Source: Nostoc sp. DedSLP01
GTDB lineage: Bacteria; Cyanobacteriota; Cyanobacteriia; Cyanobacteriales; Nostocaceae
Assembly (NCBI GenBank): GCA_034530875.2
Contig: JAVRCJ020000019.1
Span: forward strand, 104,410-168,409
DNA length: 64,000 nucleotides
Reading direction: 5' to 3'
Shown here: positions 59,823-64,000 of the stretch, in pieces
Layout: each line of letters begins with the position of its first letter
Position numbering within the stretch: the first letter of the stretch is position 1
The notes under the pieces: model-generated
Told to the model about the DNA's origin: nothing
The model's database searches: none
Seen by the model: only the letters and a program-made list of their open reading frames with translations
Made by a program: the position numbers and the translations under genes

Positions 59823-61397
59823 CTAATTACTAATATAATGAAACCCTTTCACAAAATCTATAACCATATTTAGCGAAGGTAATATATATTTTGCCGAACC
59901 ATTAGATTTATCATCATAAACTGAAGAGTTTAGAGAAGAGCGATTAATAAATCTTTTACCAAAGTTGGGATTGTCATGTAAAATCAAAGTCTGGGCACTA
60001 GAATTTGTTAAAATTATTTGAATTGGTGCTTTACAAAAATTTAATTTAGCTGCTACTTCGAGATTTTTTTTCATCTCTTTGATTGTCGCAGCTTTAGTAA
60101 TAGCTTGTTCTAGAAGTATATTTAATTGTTGCAACATGGGGTTTGATTTTAGTGCTTGTAAATCTATATTTGTTGCAACCTCAGTATTAATCATTTCCAC
60201 TATCTGGCAAATATTTTTTTGGGTAGATGCTGCATCTATAAACGGAAGAATTGCTATATAAGCAGTGGAAAATAATGCTTCGTCGCTATCTAAACGGAAG
60301 GTGAAAATAGTCCGCCGACGACCACTTTCCATGCTTGGGGGTTGTTTTAGCCCTCGGTATTCCTGAGCAATTTGGTAGTAAGCGCCAGCAAGGGCAAAGT
60401 TAGCTTCGTGTTCTAGAGCCGCATCAACAATAATCCGAATTGTTGGCGGTGTTTCGTTAAAAAAATCTCGTGAATCTTCTAAATGGAATTTTTGGATAAT
60501 TGAGCGATCGCCAGTAGGGCTAAGATCGACCCATTCACAAGTCATACCTTCAGTTTTTAAACCAAATCTGGAGGTGGCATAAAGTTTTGCGCCGGTTAAA
60601 GTTGCTCCGGTTAGGTCAGCACCAACCCATTCAGCCCTAATTAATTTTGCCTGAGTTAAATCCGCATGTACTAAACTCGTATTCGTTAAATTGGCATTGC
60701 TTAAATCTGCACCAATTAAATTTGCCCCACTCAATTTTGCGCCGCTTAAATCTGCCCACCGCAGGTTTGCCCCACTCAAATCTGCCCACCGCAAGTTTGC
60801 TCCACTTAAATCTGTACCGCTGAGGTTAGCATGGCTGAGATTTGCCTGTCTGAGTTCAGCTTCTCGCAAATTTGCCCCGGTGATGTCACAACGGCTCAGG
60901 TCAGTAGCGTTTAAGTTAGCCATTTCTAAGTTGGCTCCTGTCAAAGAAGCGCCTCTTAAGATAGCCTCACTCAAGTTAGCGCCACGGAGATTTGCTTGGC
61001 GCAGAGTCCCCTCCCGTATATCCGCACCACTGAGATTAGCCTGGAACATGTCAGCACGACTGAGGTCAGCGCGAATTAACTCAGTGCGGATCAGTGAAGC
61101 TCCCCTGAGTTGGGCGCGGCTGAGATCTGCTCGAATCAAATTAGCTACATTGAGACTAGCATTGTTCATGACAGCGCTACATAAATTCACACCGCTTAAT
61201 CTTGCTACATTCAGCTTGGCATCGGTGAAGTTAGCTTCACTCAGATTAGCACCACTTAAATTAACTACACTTAAATTAGCATTGCTGAGATCGATACCAC
61301 TGAGTTTAGCTCCACTCAGATTCGCTTCACACAGCTCAATACCACTAAAATTTAAGACTCCTAACGCGTATTGTTCCAGCAATTCCTCTACAGTCAT
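59823..61397 (-). CDS. Pentapeptide repeat protein with C-terminal domain
   Basis: More than 50 A(D/N)LxG-type pentapeptides then CEWVDLSP. Start set at ATG 61397 to avoid overlap with tyrA. Confidence 0.9.
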   Translation of the reverse strand: MTVEELLEQYALGVLNFSGIELCEANLSGAKLSGIDLSNANLSVVNLSGANLSEANFTDAKLNVARLSGVNLCSAVMNNASLNVANLIRADLSRAQLRGASLIRTELIRADLSRADMFQANLSGADIREGTLRQANLRGANLSEAILRGASLTGANLEMANLNATDLSRCDITGANLREAELRQANLSHANLSGTDLSGANLRWADLSGANLRWADLSGAKLSGANLIGADLSNANLTNTSLVHADLTQAKLIRAEWVGADLTGATLTGAKLYATSRFGLKTEGMTCEWVDLSPTGDRSIIQKFHLEDSRDFFNETPPTIRIIVDAALEHEANFALAGAYYQIAQEYRGLKQPPSMESGRRRTIFTFRLDSDEALFSTAYIAILPFIDAASTQKNICQIVEMINTEVATNIDLQALKSNPMLQQLNILLEQAITKAATIKEMKKNLEVAAKLNFCKAPIQIILTNSSAQTLILHDNPNFGKRFINRSSLNSSVYDDKSNGSAKYILPSLNMVIDFVKGFHYISN

Positions 61398-61468
61398 CGA
61401 TGCTACCTCTAGGATGCCAAGTTTATATAGTTGTAAAGTCGTAAAAAATGAAATGTCAAAATTAAACA

Positions 61469-62308
61469 ATGAATATTGGGATTTTAGGACTGGGACTGAT
61501 CGGTGGGTCTTTGGGTTTTGATTTGCGATCGCAAGGACATCACATTTTAGGCGTGAGTCGCCGTGAATCCACCTGTCAAAAGGCAGTTGCCATTGGCAGT
61601 GTAGATCGCGCATCAGTTGATTTGAGCCTCTTAAGTGCCGCAGAAGTTGTATTTATTTGTACGCCCTTAGCGCTTATTGTGCCCCAATTGACACAATTAA
61701 TCCCTTATTTGTCTCCCACTACAGTTGTGACTGATGTGGGTTCGGCCAAAGCACAAATAGTGGAAGCGATTTCTCCGCTTTGGGAGAATTTTATCGGCGG
61801 TCATCCAATGGCGGGAACAACAGACAGCGGCATAGAAGCTGCACAACGGAATTTATTTGCCGATAAACCTTATGTACTGACGCCCCTTACTACAACACCA
61901 ACCACTGCAATTACAATTGTCGAAGAAATTGTGCGAGCGCTGCGGGCGAATATCTACCATTGTCAACCAGAACAACACGACCGGGCTGTAAGTTGGATTT
62001 CTCATTTACCCGTGATGGTTAGTTCCTCCTTAATTGCTGCTTGTTTGAGCGAAAGTGACCCAGAAGTTTTGCAATTAGCTCAAAAGCTAGCTAGTTCGGG
62101 TTTTCGGGATACCAGCCGCGTGGGTGGTGGAAATCCAGAGTTGGGGATCGCTATGGCACGATATAATCGCCAAGCATTGCTCTTGTCGCTGCAACAGTAT
62201 CGTCACAATCTCGATGAGTTGATTAACTTAATCGAGCAAGAAAATTGGGCAGTTTTAGAGTCAAAGTTGAAATCAACGCAACAAGCACGACCTAAGTTTG
62301 TTGAGTAG
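61469..62308 (+). CDS. tyrA: Prephenate/arogenate dehydrogenase
   Basis: GLGLIGGS, TDVGSAK, GGHPMAG, HDRAVSWISHLP, SGFRDTSRV. Confidence 0.93.
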   Translation: MNIGILGLGLIGGSLGFDLRSQGHHILGVSRRESTCQKAVAIGSVDRASVDLSLLSAAEVVFICTPLALIVPQLTQLIPYLSPTTVVTDVGSAKAQIVEAISPLWENFIGGHPMAGTTDSGIEAAQRNLFADKPYVLTPLTTTPTTAITIVEEIVRALRANIYHCQPEQHDRAVSWISHLPVMVSSSLIAACLSESDPEVLQLAQKLASSGFRDTSRVGGGNPELGIAMARYNRQALLLSLQQYRHNLDELINLIEQENWAVLESKLKSTQQARPKFVE

Positions 62309-62598
62309 TCGTAGTAGAGTACGTTACGCTATTGATAGCGCACTCATTACTACATTTGCTAAATTAATTGCTGATTTGTTGTGAATGCTTTTTCAAGGAG
62401 TTGATGAATTCTTTCAGAGGGAACGGGTAACAGCCGACAGGGAAACTCACGCTTAAAAACGTGGTATCGGAACAAGGGCACAAAAACATTTTTTTAAAGT
62501 GGGCTTTATCCTTACAACTAAAGTTTTCGGGCTGTGTTCGCCGTTCCCTCTTGCCTGTTCCCTATCCTACAGGGATTGTAAATTTATCAAAATAAACA

Positions 62599-62886
62599 AT
62601 GGTAGAACGTCCAATAAAAAAATCAGAACGTCAGGCCCAAGCAAATACTGACAACAATTTGGAAAACTTGGATTCCACACCTCCTGTTGAATCCAACCCC
62701 AAAAGCTCAAAATCCGATCGCAGTCGCTCGTCTGGTAAAGGTAAAAAGCGATCGTTCGCAGATGAAAACAAGCCACCTGTTAACCCTGCACTCATGCGCG
62801 GGCCAAAACCCGTAAAACCTCCAGTCAAAGTTCAAACAGAAGTTGAAACCGAATCTGAACCTAGCTCTGAGGAATCTGAAAATTAA
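62599..62886 (+). CDS. Small disordered conserved hypothetical protein
   Basis: MVERPIKKSER and VNPALMRGPKP conserved-looking blocks. Confidence 0.65.
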   Translation: MVERPIKKSERQAQANTDNNLENLDSTPPVESNPKSSKSDRSRSSGKGKKRSFADENKPPVNPALMRGPKPVKPPVKVQTEVETESEPSSEESEN

Positions 62887-63878
62887 CATTTTCTTCGACT
62901 TTTCAACAATAGCAAGGTAGTTATAGCAGGGAAAAGGCAATATTCAGTAGGCTTTTAAGCCTATTTTACTCTGTGTTTTAGGGTCACTTTATATCCTAAA
63001 TTATCGTTCGACTGCTACATATTTAAGTCAAAAGGTATCTATGTTTTCAGGTTTTCAGCGTGAAAATATAGCTACCTTAATTAACAGTTAGATTTAAGAT
63101 AAATTTATAGTTATTTAGCTTCATACAGTACGATCGCCTGAAAAATCCCAAAATTAATGGTTTCAGCAGAATTATTAATTATATTTATTGAAATTGCGTT
63201 AGATGCTAAGGGTAATTTCAGTAAAAATACAGTAATTATTTTACATAATAGTAAACTTTTACATCATAAAGTGTAAGTAAGCAGACATAATTAAATGTAA
63301 AATCCAAACAAGGGAAACCTTTTACTGTTGAGGATTTTACCTTCTGCCTCCTGCCTTCTACTTATCAGCAGAAACAATAACTGAAAGTAAATATAATTTT
63401 TCTTCTTAAGAATTCAATTGAATATGTAATTTCCACTATTTCAAGCCTGATAGAAGGTAACACTGATACTAAAGCTGCAACCTTAACTATTATCATAGTA
63501 GCTGTGTTAGTGAGTCGAGGAATTCCTGCAATCAAAAATGATGACAGCCAAGACTTTTGTTTTTAATACATTAATACAATTTTTAGCATATCTTAGTTAT
63601 TACAGTAATAATACTGTAGCAATTATTATATTTTTATCTTAATTTTATACTGAGCTATGACATCAAACTTTTTTATTTTGCCTCTTTAAGAAGAGGTTAA
63701 ATTACCCATTGAATTTCCCTATAGAAGCGTATGTTTAACCATTTGCTTCCAGCTTAATGCTGCGTGACTAAAGCCATGATTTTTCAAGTTGCCAAAGTGT
63801 TATTTAACAATACTCATTGTGCGACTACAACAACAGAAAATTTTTAAAACGCAACCTAATTTTACAGAGGAATAACAA

Positions 63879-64000
63879 ATGGCAAATCGAAATATAGTCT
63901 TTATCGATTCAGCAGTCATCGACTACGAAAGTTTAATTGCAGGCATCCAACCAGGTACTAGTATCGTAATCCTTGACTCGACCAAAGATGGAGTCGAACA
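63879..64000 (+). CDS. DUF4347 domain protein, 5' end only (continues beyond the window)
   Basis: GAGG SD, then MANRNIVFIDSAVIDYESLIAGIQPGTSIVILDSTKDGVE, the typical DUF4347 start. Not in the ORF track. Confidence 0.75.
   Translation, partial: MANRNIVFIDSAVIDYESLIAGIQPGTSIVILDSTKDGVE

Noticed and set aside
60691..61521. 276-aa plus-strand ORF with FAPLKSA repeats
   Set aside because: It is the antisense shadow of the pentapeptide-repeat gene.
62890..63878. Riboswitch or ncRNA in the 1-kb leader of the DUF4347 gene
   Set aside because: I could not match a c-di-GMP or other riboswitch consensus by eye; an Rfam scan is needed.

Overview
Chromosomal window from a heterocyst-forming-type (Nostocales-like) cyanobacterium, judged from abundant HIP1 GCGATCGC sites, STRR/SDR repeats and close similarity to Anabaena/Nostoc genes. 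The housekeeping backbone includes sigC, gpsA, lipA, tRNA-Pro(CGG), the ndhF3-(beta-carbonic anhydrase)-ndhD3-cupA CO2-uptake operon, a hybrid His kinase, folK, a class A PBP, psb35, rsmB, invB, bciB, desC-desA-desB, a two-component pair and tyrA. Two accessory regions stand out. (1) A ~12 kb defence island directly after tRNA-Pro (4487-16146) looks like an Ssp-type phosphorothioation locus: SspB-like DUF4007, SspC-like ATPase and a cysteine desulfurase, coupled to an SF2 helicase and a MORC/GHKL ATPase instead of SspE. Its middle (the expected sspD and the helicase N-terminus) appears replaced by a ~3 kb block holding an Rpn/DUF4351 gene, a small ORF and an HTH-HNH nuclease with a perfect operator-like palindrome. 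The helicase remnant is also stopped by a 21-nt element inserted into a HIP1 site. (2) A 39.5-47.5 kb accessory stretch holds nested MITEs, a 41-bp tandem array, a DUF559 nuclease bracketed by long inverted repeats, and a tightly coupled TPR-CHAT protease / small protein / membrane-protein operon resembling a caspase-based (CATRA-like) conflict system. All calls come from motif recognition by eye; no database searches were run.
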